Shown: piece after piece, positions 12,730 through 26,480 of the stretch
How the letters are laid out: each line of letters starts with the position of its first letter
How positions within the stretch are numbered: the stretch's first letter is position 1
Assembly: GCF_037042905.1 (NCBI RefSeq)
Contig: NC_087250.1
Span: 10,728,001 to 10,792,000 of the forward strand
DNA from: Lytechinus pictus
Taxonomy: Eukaryota
Length of the DNA stretch: 64,000 nt
Direction of reading: 5' to 3'
The notes under the pieces: generated by a model
Databases searched by the model: none
What the model saw: the letters and a program-made list of their open reading frames with translations, nothing else
What the model was told of the DNA's origin: nothing
Position numbers and translations under genes: made by a program

Positions 12730-13350
12730 TCTTATATGGATTGGAATAACAAAGACTTTCTTGAAATGTCACTGTATAAAGTAAGGCCAGGAAAAGCAAA
12801 CTTATGGCAGGTAGGATCTGATGGGTAGTCACAAAAGAAGTGTAGCAGAGATTCCATCTGGCTTAGTAGCTTTATTCAGGTTGTTCTCTTTTTAACAATG
12901 TCTACAGTAGTTTGGCTACACCTGCTTGACTAAACAATATGTTATCTGGACATGTCTTGGTCAGGACTAGGTCCCAGAACTTGTAGAGCAGCGTCATCAT
13001 CATCACCATGATCAGTGGTGAATACCAAGACTAAAAATATGTTGCCTTCCTTTAATAATGCTATTCCTATTTAGTCATAGCGCATGGTATTAAGGGCTCC
13101 CAACATGCTAATTGATATAGCCTGGATCATTGTCAATCTGGTCAACAAATTATGTATTATACCCTTGTCTATAAACCATTTTCTGGTCCTCTTTAATGCA
13201 TTGTAATAATTCCGAGCTTTACCTTACTGATGCTTTTGGAGTTCTCTCATGCGCAAGTCTTCCTAGCCTTCCTATAATGAATACTGATTAACAAAATATC
13301 TGATAAAGAATACATGAACAAAACTCATATCATGTTTTCTGAAGGATCCT
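12730..13350 (-). pseudogene. Highly decayed non-LTR reverse transcriptase fragment
   Basis: Minus-strand frames give VFTTDHGD..LQVLGPSPDQDMSR, SQAGVAKLL, NLNKATKPDGISATLL (KA.GPDGI motif) and VFVIPI, with many stops. Confidence 0.55.
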
Positions 13351-16300
13351 TGGAATAACATTTCACTTCCAAATTTACATCAACCCTCGGTAAACTACAT
13401 TGTATTAATATGCATGTATTTTATTTACAGAAATGAAAATAAAATGCCTATCTTTTCATTTAGAACAGTTACCATCCAGAGAAAGCGTGGGTAGGTTTAA
13501 GTGTTTCTAAAATAAAGTAGAATAAAATGCCTTTTTATAGATGTTATTGTGTGATTTTTGCATTTTTCAATTGAGGTTTTAATTTCTCTTTTTTGGAAGG
13601 GGGGGGGGGGGGCCGCTGCGCACGCGTACGGCCTTGAATAAGTCTGGAAATGGCATAATGAATATCATCCTCGAGGCACTCACTTGTTCAAACGTTTATT
13701 TTTAAACACTTAGCCTGCATTGTTAAACAATACAATTATTTTATGAAAATGAATATCCCCCTGTTAGAGTTTCTTACTTACAAACAAATATGCTTTGTAT
13801 TATGTGTTGAAAATGAAATTTAATGCATGTAGCGTTACTGTCTGTTATATCTGCACTCCAAAACGTGGTGCAGGATATTTTCCATTTTCTACCATACAGA
13901 TTAATTATATGTTCATTACTTTTTCAGTTCAGTTCAGTTCAGTTCAATTTATTCATTTTCTCAGCATAAAAAAATGATATATATACAATATGTACAGGAA
14001 TGACAAATAGTATCAGAGAAAATTGGAAACTACAGAAAAGTTTATAAAAACTTGTGAGTAGTATATAGTTCCCAGTACATTGTATGACATTAATATTGAA
14101 TTTAAAAAAAAAAGAGAAAAAAATGCACACACAGCATCAACAAACACCAGCAAACACACAGGGAGGGTAGGGCGGTAAATGTATGAGATTTCAGCAAGGA
14201 GAAAGAAAACAAATTATTTTGCATATTCATTTAAATACATTCTTTTTAACTTAGATTTAAATGACGTAATTGTTGTTGAGTACTTAATTCCATCGGGGAG
14301 ATTATTCCAAATGCGTGGGCCATAATGCCTTAATGAATTTAGGAGAATTTGTGTTTTAACCTTGGGATAATAAAAATTATTACTTGAGCGAGTATTGTGA
14401 CAATGAACGGAATTATTTATTAAAAACATACGGGATATATTAAAAGGAATTATGTTATGAATAGTACGAAACATCACAGATGCTATCTGAAATTTATGAA
14501 TATCATATATATTAAGGGTATTGAGATTAAAAAATAAAGGTCGTGAGGGAGCTCTAAAGGGGGAGTTGGTACATATTCTTAATATTTTCTTTTGTAATTT
14601 ATGAAGGGGTTCCAATTTTGTTATTCCAGCATTCGCCCAAATAATATTACAATATTGAAGATAGGGTAAGGAAAGACAGTTATATATCATAAATAACTCC
14701 TTCTGTGGCAAAAAATTGCGAAGTTTAAAAAGAATGCCAATATTTTTTTGAGATTTTGTTAGCTAAAATAGAACGGTGGCTGCTGTATGACAGTGTATCA
14801 TCTAAAGTGATTCCGAGAAACTTGGTTGTTTTCGAACAATTCAAGAGGATTTGATTCATAAATATTTTAACATCCGAAATGTCATGTTTTACATGTTCTT
14901 TACTAATATACATAACAGTTGTCTTTTCATAATTGATTACTAATTCATTAGCATGGAACCAGTTTATAATCTTAATTAATTCTTCATTTGTATTCTTAAT
15001 AAGTAAATCAAAATCACAATTGGACGCAACTAAATTTGTATCATCTGCAAAAAGGACAACATGAAAAAAATGAGAAACATTACATAAATCATTGATATAT
15101 ATCAAGAATAAGAGCGGGCCCAGTGTGGAGCCCTGGGGGACTCCACAATGGACCCTCTCATGATGAGAAACAGCATTATTATAAACGGTATAATGAAAAC
15201 GATCAGTTAAATAATCTTTAAACCATTCAAGGGCAATGCCACGAATACCAAAATGAGATAGTTTACTAAGTAAAATATTGTGGTTGATAACATCAAAGGC
15301 TTTGCTTAAATCGAGAAAAATACCGAGTGAATGTAGATTATTAGTCATATTATTTAGGAGATGATCATTAAGGTCGATAAGTGCAAGCTCGCATGAGTAA
15401 TTTGATCTAAAACCGTATTGTGAATTATTTAATAAATTATTTTTATCAATGTGCCGTATAAGCCTATTGTACATTAACTTTTCTAAGATTTTGGAAATAC
15501 TAGGGAGTAAAGTAATAGGTCTATAATTTGAAAATATATGCAAGTCCCCTTTTTTAAATACTGGAATAATTTTCCCTATTTTCATGTCCTTTGGGAATCT
15601 ACCTGTTAAAAATGATACATTAAAGATATGTGTTAGGGGTTTTGTTATGAAATGAATTATTTTTTTAATAACACACTGACTAATTCCATCAAATCCCATG
15701 CTTTTAATTGATTTAAAATGTTTTACTATTTCAATAATTTCATGTTCATTTGTTGGATGTAAGAATATAGAATTTTGACATTGGTTTGAGAGATAAGACA
15801 AAAAAATTATTAGAACACTGGGGAATATTTAATTTGATATTGGTAGCTATATTAGCAAAAAATGTATTAAATTCTTCTACGATAATTTGATCATCAGTTA
15901 TTTTAACACCATCTTTCAGGAAATAAGTATTTAAATTATCTTTATTTGTAAAAAGAACCTCATTAATTATTTTCCACAACTTAGAAAGATTATTTTTATG
16001 TTTTTGCAGCAAGTTACTATAATATTGTTTTTTGGCCTTTTTTAGAATAAGGTTCAATTTATTTCGGTAAGATTTGAACTTCCTTTCAATTGTTTGATTT
16101 CTACTTTTACAAAAACGTTTATATAAATTGTCTTTTTTATGTATGCATTTCAATAAAGAGTTTGTTATCCATGGCTTGCGTATTTTTTGCTTTGTTTTTG
16201 TTCTTATTGATACACAGTTACTGTCGTACGCAGTTTTAAAATAGTGCATGAATTTACAATAGGCATTATCAATATCTTTGCATAATACAACTTCATCCCA

Positions 16301-16549
16301 GGAAATATTAGATAAATCATTTTTCAGAGAATTTATAGAAGCTGTATCTGTCTTATGTAAAGTGGGAGGTAGAATTTTAATGGTCTTTTGTTCGCAATAC
16401 AGATTACTTATTTGGAATATGGGGAGATGATCAGTAATGTCGCTGTAGAATATCCCTGTCTGAATTTGAGATGTATGTACGTTAGTAATTATGTTGTCGA
16501 TTAAAGTTGAAGATTGGGTGGTAATCCGGGTGGGCTTATCTATTAAAGG

Positions 16550-19500
16550 CACGTATGTTCATCACCCATAGGCTATGTATCAACCCAGTGGAGTTCGCCA
16601 TTAAAGGCCTTTGCACAGTTTCAACGTTGGTGTCGTGATACTTTTCAATAAAGAAAATGTGTGTCGTACCATGACAACATGTATTGTTGCTGGAATTTCC
16701 AGGGATTTAAAGTGGATATTGTGTGATCAAACTATGAAAATTTATAATCCATTATATCAATGGTCATATCATGACTTTAGTTAAGAATATCATGCGCAAA
16801 TAAAGGCAGATCAGCATAATTTCATATCATTGTCTAATACGTAATATATCGAGTGTGGGAGACGGGGGTAAAAAATTTCAACATTTTATTATCTTTATTG
16901 TACTAAGTTCTCAATTTTTTTAATACTTTCTTTCTATAGTATGTTATTTTGTTGTTATTTTATTGTATATTTGTGATGAGTTTGACAACTCTCCAGTTTT
17001 TTTTAATGTGTAAGCTAAATAAATAGTCAGTGGATCTTGGGGCTATATTGCAATTGAAATCACGCACGTCAAGTGGCGTAATTCATCTGATCGGGGGGGG
17101 GGGGGGGGGGTGTGAGAGCAATAATTATGTTGAGTTAAAAAAAAAATTGTCCCCCCCAGAGCTGTTAGTAGACGGGGATATACAAAACGTGTGTGAAGGG
17201 ATGGGGGTCAAAGCAATATATTGAGCTGAATATTCAACAATAATATTCAAGGGTAACTCTTCCCCCACCCCTTCAAGAGCTATCAGTAGACAGGGGCGGA
17301 TCCAGCCTTTGCCAATATGGGGGGGGGGGGGGGAGCCGAATTTTGTTAGCCACATTTTCCCGATCGGCCACTCGAAGTTGATTTTTGTTTGTATCTTTGA
17401 AGGGGTAGTCTTTTATTATAATAGTCTAAGCTTTATTCTTATAAATCAACATAAATATATAATAATCTCGTAAGCCTTATTTGATTAGTGCGAGTGCAAA
17501 GTATTTTGTCCTGAAATCTAAATATTCTGGGCAATGTTTGTGATCCTAAGACAGATGTGTATCCACCGCAACTACCTTACATTTTTCAACAATCAAATAA
17601 TGCGAGCGAAAAGCGTGGGCTGAAAATTTTGACATTTCTAGACGAAGTACGGAAATTCTAAGCACTTTTTGTAATCGTGATAATAATAAGTAAATGACTA
17701 AACAATTGATGCGAGCGCGAAGCGCGTGCGGAAAAAAATCGAGATTTACACCCAAAAATGGGACACTCTGATCATTTTGTGTAAATCATGAAAATGATAA
17801 TTGGAAATCTTATAATGCGAGCACAAAATGTTTGATATTTGGATGATTTAAATAGTGAACAAGCTGCGTATCTGAATAAACATGCGCGACCTAGAATCTG
17901 GGCATTCTAAATACCTTTTACATCATGAAAATCAATAAAGCGAGCGCAAAAAGCGCGAGCTTAAAGTATTTGATATTCCGATCTGAAAAAGGGACAATTT
18001 AATCTCTGTATTTCAAGCACTTTGTAGGACAATTGTGAGGTGGATTTGGATCACAGTTTTAAAAAAGCCGATATGTTTCAATATTATTCCTTTGAGTTTT
18101 GACCTAGGACCGGGACATCCTAAGAACATTATGTCATCAAATGAAAATGATGACTGTCTTTCTATTTCTCTTCCTAAGCACGAAATAGAACTTGTCGATA
18201 TTCCATTCTGAAAACAAGGACATAGTCATTACTAAATTAATATCTTATTTATTAGTCTAATAAGCCTAATGAGAGCGCGTAATCTGTTAATATTATGGCT
18301 TGAAAAATGGACATTTAAAGCACTTTTGTAATTATGATGCACGATTTAATATATTTTCAACAATCAATGCTAGCACAAATCGTAAGCCGAATTTTTTTAT
18401 AATCTGTCATGAAATGGGGATTTTAAGTAATTTGTTATAAAATCAATATTGAGATATACATAACTCACCCGGTGTATTGGAAAAGAGAGGAAAAGGAGCA
18501 CCCCCTTCTCCCGATCCGCTTGAGACAACATTATACCTTCAACTTTCTTCTTCGTTCTCTTTTTTATATATTTCTTGTACATACCATCTCAAGATCTTAT
18601 TCATTTTTAATAGTAGTTCATATTCATATTTATAGTGTAAACAGATTTTACCTTTTATAATTACAATTCTATACGTGTTGAGGACCCCACTGAAAATAAG
18701 CTTTCGAACTATCCTGTTAAAGATTACTGACTTTTATTTTAATTTAATTTAATTTAATTTATTTATTCATTTATTCTTACTCATTATTATTTTTGGGGAG
18801 GGGTCCTTTCACACCCATAATCATCAAACAATAATCGTTTCGAATCCTCCTTCATTTAGGTTATGTAAATGAAATACTAAAATATTAAATTAAGAGGAAA
18901 GGAATTAAGACAAAGCAATTTTACAGCTACAACTATGATTCATTTGCGAAAAAGGGTATTTCTTTTTTATTTTAAGACCGCTCGGGGGACATTCATAATG
19001 TAGTTTTTAGTCAAAAAAATAATTGTGTCAGGAACTCGTTGGCTGCAGTAAATAAATATTGTTTTTAAAAATGGATAACCATGAGAAACAAAATAATCAT
19101 ATCCATCTTTAGTCGAAGTGCCAGGAATGAGCTCTTTGGCAAGCTCTTTGGTGTAAAAACCGCTTGCGAACCAATTCTGCACATTGACAAATAAACGCTG
19201 ACTAAGCAAAAGAAAATTATAAACTGATTGAAATTGCCGTTGCATACGATGACATGTTCAAATAAAATTGGAATCATGCAGTATTTTGTTTGTTATACAC
19301 AAAGAAAACTCAGACCATGACACCCGTCATGATTTTTGTATCTAATATGATTCTATAACATATATTTACATCAGGACAATTTATCTAATATAGACACACA
19401 TAATAGAAATTGTAATAGATATGCGCTATGCTAAACAGTCAATGTGAGTATATGCAATCTTGACCTAAATTTGCCTTTTGGTAATTCAGGAAAGAAATAA

Positions 19501-20393
19501 TAATTCTAGAAAATGAAATCATTTATGTGTTAGGTATATTCCGAACATTTTCCAAAATCGTTAAACCATTAATTTCACAGTGTGAAAGTGTCAAAATTAA
19601 GTATTAAAGTGGTCATTACAAGGGGAAAAGGTACGTGGAAAATACCACCTTACACCAGTATGGGACTAGATATCCGTCCCCGCAGACACGGCGATCAGCC
19701 CGTGTGCGCACGCTAAAATTTATCATTCTGCGGCTCGCGTGCTAGGAATGAACTTGATTTTTCTCTCAATTACGAAACTCATCGTGGAAAAGGTTATCCA
19801 ACATGCAATGATATACTCGTAAAATTTGTCGTCATGTATCATTTACACACAGATAATTGAATATAACCCTTCTTTTGGAGAACTATTAGTAAGTTGTTCG
19901 AATCTAACGATTTTCTTTTAAAAATATAACAACAATTTACCTGATTTCAAATGCCTGCCATTTCTTTAAAAAAACTAGAATCAATAAGCCACCACCGTTA
20001 TCAGTTGTGAAAAATTCTAGGAAACGTACTAAGATGCTTTTGCAAATGATAAAAAAATTAAGGGGATATGAAAATAAGGATTTTGCAATGCTATATCAAA
20101 TTTCTGTTATATTTTCATCAATTTTGGGATTGCATCGAAATGACTGATAATTCAAAGTCTTACCCACACTTGCTTGTAAATTCGGTATATGTTGGTACAC
20201 TGATAGTCAATGTAAATGATAAACATTCATAGCCTCACTAAAATTGAACAAATCCATTGTTTTTAGAATTTTAATGTCGCAGACATTTTGGAGAGTGAGC
20301 AAAGTGATGCTAACAAACGTCGCTAACAATATTGCTAGGCGAAAAGGCCTTTCAATGGCGCGCTCCACTGAGTTGAGGCCGTGAACATACGTG
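16550..20393. mobile_element. Non-autonomous DNA transposon with CAC termini and 4-bp TSD, Chapaev/CMC-like
   Basis: TIR CACGTATGTTCA...TCAAC(C/T)CAGTGGAG..CGCCATT(A/G)AAGGCCTTT; TSD AAGG at 16546-16549 and 20394-20397; splits LINE ORF2. Confidence 0.8.
17291..18500. mobile_element. CAGGGGCGGATCCAG-type repeat element with GCGAGCGC..AAGCG internal repeats
   Basis: Left terminus CAGGGGCGGATCCAGCC plus poly-G at 17291; repeated ATGCGAGCGCGAAGCGCG-like motifs at ~17490, 17600, 17710, 17815 and 17940. Right end not found. Confidence 0.45.
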
Positions 20394-22069
20394 AAGGACG
20401 AAATGAATTATTATATAAAATATTAACAAAATCATTTATGTATTTATTGGAATCTATGTTCAGAAAATTTATATTAAAGTCGCCCATAATGTAAATGGAC
20501 TTATTTTCATGTGACAATTTGTCAAGACATTCATCAATATTTTCATTAAAGCCTTTGATATCTACATGAGGATCTCTATATATGACACCAACCACAATAT
20601 TCTTTCTATGTTGCAATACTATTTCTATAAAAAGAGATTCACAAAAATAATTTGATAAACATATATCTGATCTTATTTTGACATTAAATGAGTTATGGAT
20701 GAGCAAGGCAACACCGCCTCCTCTTCGATCATGTCTGTCACTGTGATAAAAACTGTATCCGTCAAAATTAAACAAGAATGGTGTGTTATTATGAATCCAC
20801 GTTTCACTAAAACCATAAATAGAAAATTTCAAATTAAGTTGAGTAATAAAGGAATGAATATCATCAAAATTTCTATATAGACTTCTAGAATTAAAATGAA
20901 GCATACTAAATCTCTCTTTGTTATCATCACATATCTGTTTGTTATTATTGAATTCATTACATAACCAATATCTTGATGGATTGTCAAAAATATAAAAATT
21001 GTCATCTGGGTCTAAGTCATCAATATTTTCTTGCTCAATAGATGATACAACATGAGTAAAATCAGTATTATCAATTACATTACCTGGAGAGGGGGGGCAA
21101 CTTGACATAGTCAAACACGCACACACAAGTACACACACTAGCACATTCAGAAAATAAAAACTAAAATGGCAGTATATATTATAAGTATAACAGATGAATA
21201 AGATGAATCAATGAATAATATATTCATTAACCTGGATAGTAAATGCATATAATATTAGAAAAAAATATAAATTACTGGTGACAGACAGGCTGTCTGAATG
21301 GAATACGTCAACTATATAATATTAGAACAATCGTAAAACTTGAAATTTCATGTTGTAAATGTAAACACAGAGTAAATGACCATCATTCAGTGAAAAGAGA
21401 AAAGAGAGAGAGAAAAGAAAGAAAGAAAAAAAAATTGCAGACTATGTTGTGCCTGAAAGCATTGTGTTCTAGCTTTCTAATGAATAATAATTATTAAAAA
21501 AAAAATAAAAAAAAATCAGATTAAATAACTGTGATAATAGATGTCAATGTCAATAGCATGACAAAGATAAAGATTATAATAAAATTGAAAAACAAGAGGA
21601 AAACTATGCTCAAGTCAAGACTAAAATAACAAGTTAAATTACCACTGTCAATATATAGCATGACAAGGAAAAATATACCGGTAACAAGTATAACAAGTTT
21701 AAATTACCATTTGTTAATATGGCAAAATTACCTATGTAAATATAACATGACAAAGAAAAGTAAAATATGAAGTGTCACATCAAATAAAGATACAAATAGA
21801 ATATGGTGAAGTCAAGATAAACCTGAATGACTTTCATATTAAAATAGGTCAAAATTATTGAGCAATGTTATGAAGAAAAACATAACAATTTTTGGAACTT
21901 ACGCGGTGCATGTACTTTATATAGCGCTTTGTTAATAACTACTCTTTGAAGAGTAATGGCACAGTACAAGTTTCTCAACGATAGAGCAATTATATGTATC
22001 AACTGTATATTCCACTTCAATCAGATCCATCCTTCACTGGAACACGATTATAACCGTAATTAATCATAC

Positions 22070-22669
22070 TCATATTTCAATCAGTTCACCATATAGATTA
22101 ACAGTTTCCTCTATAGTCTGTGGAATAACAAAATGGCGAACATTTCCAACAATACAATCGATCACATCAACAAATTCCGGACTACATCCAAACGGAGGGT
22201 ACTCTCGGCAGAGTAAATGCTCCACCAGATCTTGTTCGGAATATAACAGAGGCATCTTCTGCTCTTCGCAGTCGCACATCTCCGGAGCATAAAACATAAG
22301 ATCCGGTTTCTCGTCTAGAAATTCTACATCGTTTTGACGCCTAATAGAATGTTGATTCCACTCCTGAACTGTTTGATCAAAGTCACTTTGAATTAGCCCA
22401 GTGAAACAAAATCTTAGATTCTCGATATGTACATGGTTACTGTTATCGAATGCTCCGTTCCTCTGCAATTCGTTGAACAGGTTTATCCAAAGACATGTAG
22501 AACTATCAGTAAGATAACGCCACCACCTTTCAATACGTTGATTGCTCGTAGAGCGACCGTACAAGAAACTAGCATGTCGCTTGATATCGTTGTGCTTCAA
22601 GCGAAGGGCAAGTTTTATACCTCGAACAATACAGTGTTCTGTTCCACGATCTCCTCTCAATATGCAAGC
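22070..22669 (-). pseudogene. IS3EU-type DDE transposase, C-terminal part
   Basis: ILRGDRGTEH...FLYGRSTSNQRIERWWRYL...LRFCF...QEWNQHSIR: second D and E of an integrase-core DDE triad. Confidence 0.85.
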
Positions 22670-22676
22670 TTTTCAC

Positions 22677-25182
22677 CTCATCAATCATTCCAACGCTGTT
22701 TTCTTAACAGTAATTTCTTAACAGAAGATTTAAGCTCTGTTGATTGGTCTGACGTTTATAACTCGAATGTGAATGTCGATGACTCATTTGACATATTTTT
22801 GAAATCTTTCAATGACTGCTTAGATTCTTGTGTTCCTTTAAAGAAATATCGAAATTACGATTATAAACGTGTTCCAAAGCTCCCATGGGTTTCAAAATTG
22901 ATATTAAGGTCTATAAATCGGAAAAATAATCTGTATGTTTCTTATATATCAAATCCAAATGATATTTCAAGGAATAGATACACGTCTTATAAAAATACCT
23001 TAACAACTACTCTCCGAATAGCAAAAAAGAGGTTTTATTCAGAAAAATTAAATTCATATAAAAACGACCTTAAAAATACATGGAAAACAATAAATGGGGC
23101 CCTAAACAAAATTAACAAATCTAGTGCTGTTCATAAATTATGTGTAGATGGTAATATGGTTGAAGATACTCATTCTATAGCAAATGAATTTAATACATAT
23201 TTCTCTCAAATTGGACCAAAGTTAGCTGGAAATATTATGCCTGTAGAAAATTCGTTTAAGGACTTTTTGGATAAACAAAATGAAAGTTCAATATTTCTTA
23301 CTCCAGTTCATAGAGAAGAATTACTTGAGATTGTATTTAATTTGAAAGCAGAAAAGACTCCCGGTTATGATGGCATTATAAATAGAGTTGTGAAAAACAT
23401 TATACATTCTCTTGCTGATCCTCTGCTTCATATATTTAATTTATCGTTACAGCTTGGCCAGGTCCCAAAGAAGATGAAAATAGCTAAAGTTATACCCATT
23501 TTCAAGAAGGGAGACCAATTAATTACTAGTAATTACCGCCCAATATCTTTGTTAACTTCGTTCTCTAAAATTCTTGAAAGGATAATTTATAAAAGGACAG
23601 TTGCTTTCCTTAAGAAATATAGTATTATATGTGATAATCAATTCGGTTTTAGAGAAAAACATAATACAACTCATGCTATATTGACATTAATAAATAAAAT
23701 ATCTACTTCTTTTGACGATTCTGATCACACCGTAGGGTTATTCCTTGACTTCTCAAAAGCGTTTGATACAATAGATCATGAAATACTATTATGTAAGCTA
23801 TCAAATTACGGTATCAGAGGGACAGCTTTACAATGGTTTAGGAGTTACCTTACTGATAGAATTCAGTTTGTTACAGTGAATGAATCAGAATCTCCAACAA
23901 GGCCAGTTTCCTGTGGAATTCCACAAGGTAGTATTCTTGGCCCTTTGCTATTTGTACTTTATGTTAATGATATGAAAAATTCATCTCATGTTCTCTCATT
24001 TATTCTCTTTGCTGATGATTCCAATATTTTCTTTACACATCATGATCCACATGTACTTGTGAGCACTATGAATGCAGAATTTAAAAAAAGTAACAAACTG
24101 GATTAAAGCCAACAAACTGTCATTGAATCTGCAAAAAACTAATTATATGCTTTTTAGTCATTCATTGAAACATCTACCGCATCAAATACTTTTAGATAAT
24201 ACTGAAATCAAAGAAGTGCAAACAACAAAATTCTTAGGTCTTACTATTGATCACAAGCTTACGTGGAATGCTCATATCAACAATATTTGCAAAACTGTGG
24301 CAAGAAATATTGGAGTCATCAATAAGCTTAAAAACGCTCTTCCAGCGCAGGCGCTATCCATGTTGTATTGTGCATTAATTCTACCATATCTTAATTATGG
24401 AATTCTGGCATGGGGTAATGCCTCTCAAACGAGACTCAATAAAGTCTTGCTACTTCAGAAAAAAGTACTGAGAATAATATGCAATATGTCCTTTAGAGCT
24501 CATACAGATGAATTGTTTCGTCATAAACGCATCCTTAAAGTCAATGACCTGTACCGCTTGCAACTATTCCAATTCATGTATAAGCTAGATAGAAATAGTG
24601 TACCTAATGTCCTACAAAAGAAATTTATGAGAAACAATACTTTACATTCATATAATACGAGACATTCAAATGACTATCACTGACCCAAAAGTAGAACAGT
24701 ATTTTCTAGCAAAACTGTATTTTTCACAGGACCAAAACTCTGGAATTCTCTGGACAGAGTAATAAAAGAGGCAGCTAATCTAAACCGATTTAAATTACTC
24801 ATCAAAAAATTTATTCTGAATTCTTATTGATTCAATCAAATATTTTGTGAACCTCATACTTACCCACGGTAGTATTGATTATTTTAAAGTCAATATTTAA
24901 TTTTGTATATAGTGTAAATACATTTGTGTTACAGTGTTTATATATAATTTTATAGAATTTTGCTGATTATTTTACTGTACTTATATCATATTACCCTTGT
25001 ATAAAATTTTGATAGGGGGTCTACATTTTACAAGCTTTGCTTTTTAGTAGGCCCCTCCACTTTTTTCATTTCATTGCTACGTTTCAATCCTGTGTGTTAT
25101 GCAATTTTTTCAGTGTTAAAATGATTTATTATAAATGTACTTTGATGATTGTGGAATATGAATATATCAATAAATAAATAAA
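22677..25182 (+). mobile_element. 5'-truncated CR1-group LINE
   Basis: RT in 22427-24106 (YRPISLL, FLDFSKAFD, GIPQGSILGPLLF, FADDS); frameshift at A7 near 24085; 24072-24683 continuation; stop at 24681; 3' hairpin 25014-25060 and (AATA)n tail 25166-25182. Confidence 0.9.
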
Positions 25183-25499
25183 TTTCATTTTGGCGAGTTG
25201 GAATTGCGAGTCGTACGCGAGCTGCGCGAGCTCTCCCTCGCCTTAACTCGCACAAGCTCGCGTGAAATTTACATTTTTTTCTGGAATTTGCTCGAGTGAC
25301 AAAAGACTCAACATCGAGTTTACTACGCTCGCTGTACGAGTGAACCGAGCGCGAAACGAGTCAGACCGAGCTTAGTATGAGTTGCAGTGACCTTTATACG
25401 ACTTAAAGCGAGCTATGAACGAATTATCCATATTTTGTTACGAGTGATAAGAGTTTCATACGACTAAGGGGTGGGACATGCACATTTTTGGCACTCAAA

Positions 25500-26480
25500 G
25501 ATGGATGCCGGCGGCAGCGTCAACACCAAATCTTAACCGAAGGTTAAGTTCTTGAAATGACATCATAACTTAGAAAGTATATAGACCTAGTTCATGAAAC
25601 TTGACCATAATATTAACCAAGTATTATTGAACATCCTCCATGCGTTTCAGGTCACAAGACCAAGGTCAGAGGTCATTTAGGATAAATAAACTTAGACCCT
25701 GTTGTGGGAATCAACATCAAAATCTTAACCTACGGTTAAGTTTTTGAAATGTCATCATAACTTTTTAGAAAATATATAAACCAAGTTCATGAAACTTGGA
25801 CATAAGGTTATTACAGTATTACCATGATTACTAAACACCCTGCTCGAGTTTCAAGTCACATGACTAAGGTCAAAGGTCATTTAGGATCAATGGACTTTGG
25901 CCAATAGGGGTATTTGTTGAATTACCATTATAACTTTGAAAGTTTATGAATCTGATTCATGAAACTTAAATATAATAGTAATCAAGTCTCGAGAACATCC
26001 TGTGCGAATTTCAGGTCACATGTCCAAGGTCAAAGGTCAATGAACTTTGGTGATGTTCGGGTGATCTGTTGAATTACCATCATAACTTTGAATGTTTATG
26101 GATCTGAGTCATCAAACTTGAATATAAGAGTAATCAAGTATTACTGAACATCCTGTGCGAGTTTAAGGTCACATGGCCAAGGTCAAAGATCAAAGGACTT
26201 TGGCCATATATCGGGTGTATTTGTTGAATGGCCATCATCATTCTGAAAGTGTATGAATTTAGTTCATAAAACTTGGACATAAGAGTAATCAAGTATCACT
26301 GATAAGTCTTAGGTCATATGATCAAGGTCAAATGTCATTTATTGTCAATGAACGTAGTATTGTGTCATCATATGAATGGTGTTTTGTGAATAATTATTTT
26401 ATAGTAGTTTTTAAAGTCAGCACTGCTGCTATATTGAATCGCGTGATGTAGGTGAGACTGCCAGAGGCGCTCCACTTGGA
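25500..26480 (+). mobile_element. Repeat with ~155-bp internal tandem units, Helitron/Helentron-like
   Basis: Units containing GAAACTTGGACATAAG..AATCAAGT..GAACATCCTG..GGTCAAAGGTCA recur about 6 times; ends GGTGAGACTGCCAGAGGCGCTCCACTTG. The family assignment is tentative. Confidence 0.5.

Larger units (their letters stand above)
14214..21108 (-). pseudogene. LINE ORF2 (endonuclease + RT), with 2 frameshifts and a 3.8-kb insertion
   Basis: Removing 16550-20397 restores ...NNSFRP|LIDKPTRIT. Frameshifts lie at homopolymers near 15800 and 14745. Confidence 0.85.
13922..21900 (-). mobile_element. CR1-group (CR1/L2/Crack-like) LINE, interrupted
   Basis: APE endonuclease in 20335-21144 (LHFNSRSL, FSETW, RGGGVAL, GDFNIN), continued in 15746-16549 (PTRIT, IDNI, SDITDHLPI). 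RT in 14725-15801 (YRPITLL, FLDLSKAFD, GVPQGSTLGPLLF, FADDT). C-terminus 14214-14711. 3' tail (CTGAA)n at 13922-13945. The 5' limit is approximate. Confidence 0.9.

Noticed and set aside
20335..20393. Novel C-terminus of the endonuclease ORF (also the ends of ORFs 35416-35925 and 28227-28646)
   Set aside because: These tails are derived from the TIRs of inserted elements.
16550..20393. RAG-like/Transib transposon because of CAC ends
   Set aside because: The TSD is 4 bp rather than 5, there is no clear heptamer-nonamer arrangement, and no RAG1-like coding sequence is visible.
21150..22070. Second (left) TIR of the IS3EU element
   Set aside because: No TAYGGAAGC terminus, inverted 53-bp repeats or CATTTC TSD were found here or further left; the end is probably deleted.
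22427..22676. N-terminal extension of the 559-aa RT ORF, or an overlapping gene
   Set aside because: It is chance read-through on the antisense strand of the IS3EU transposase, upstream of the LINE 5' truncation.
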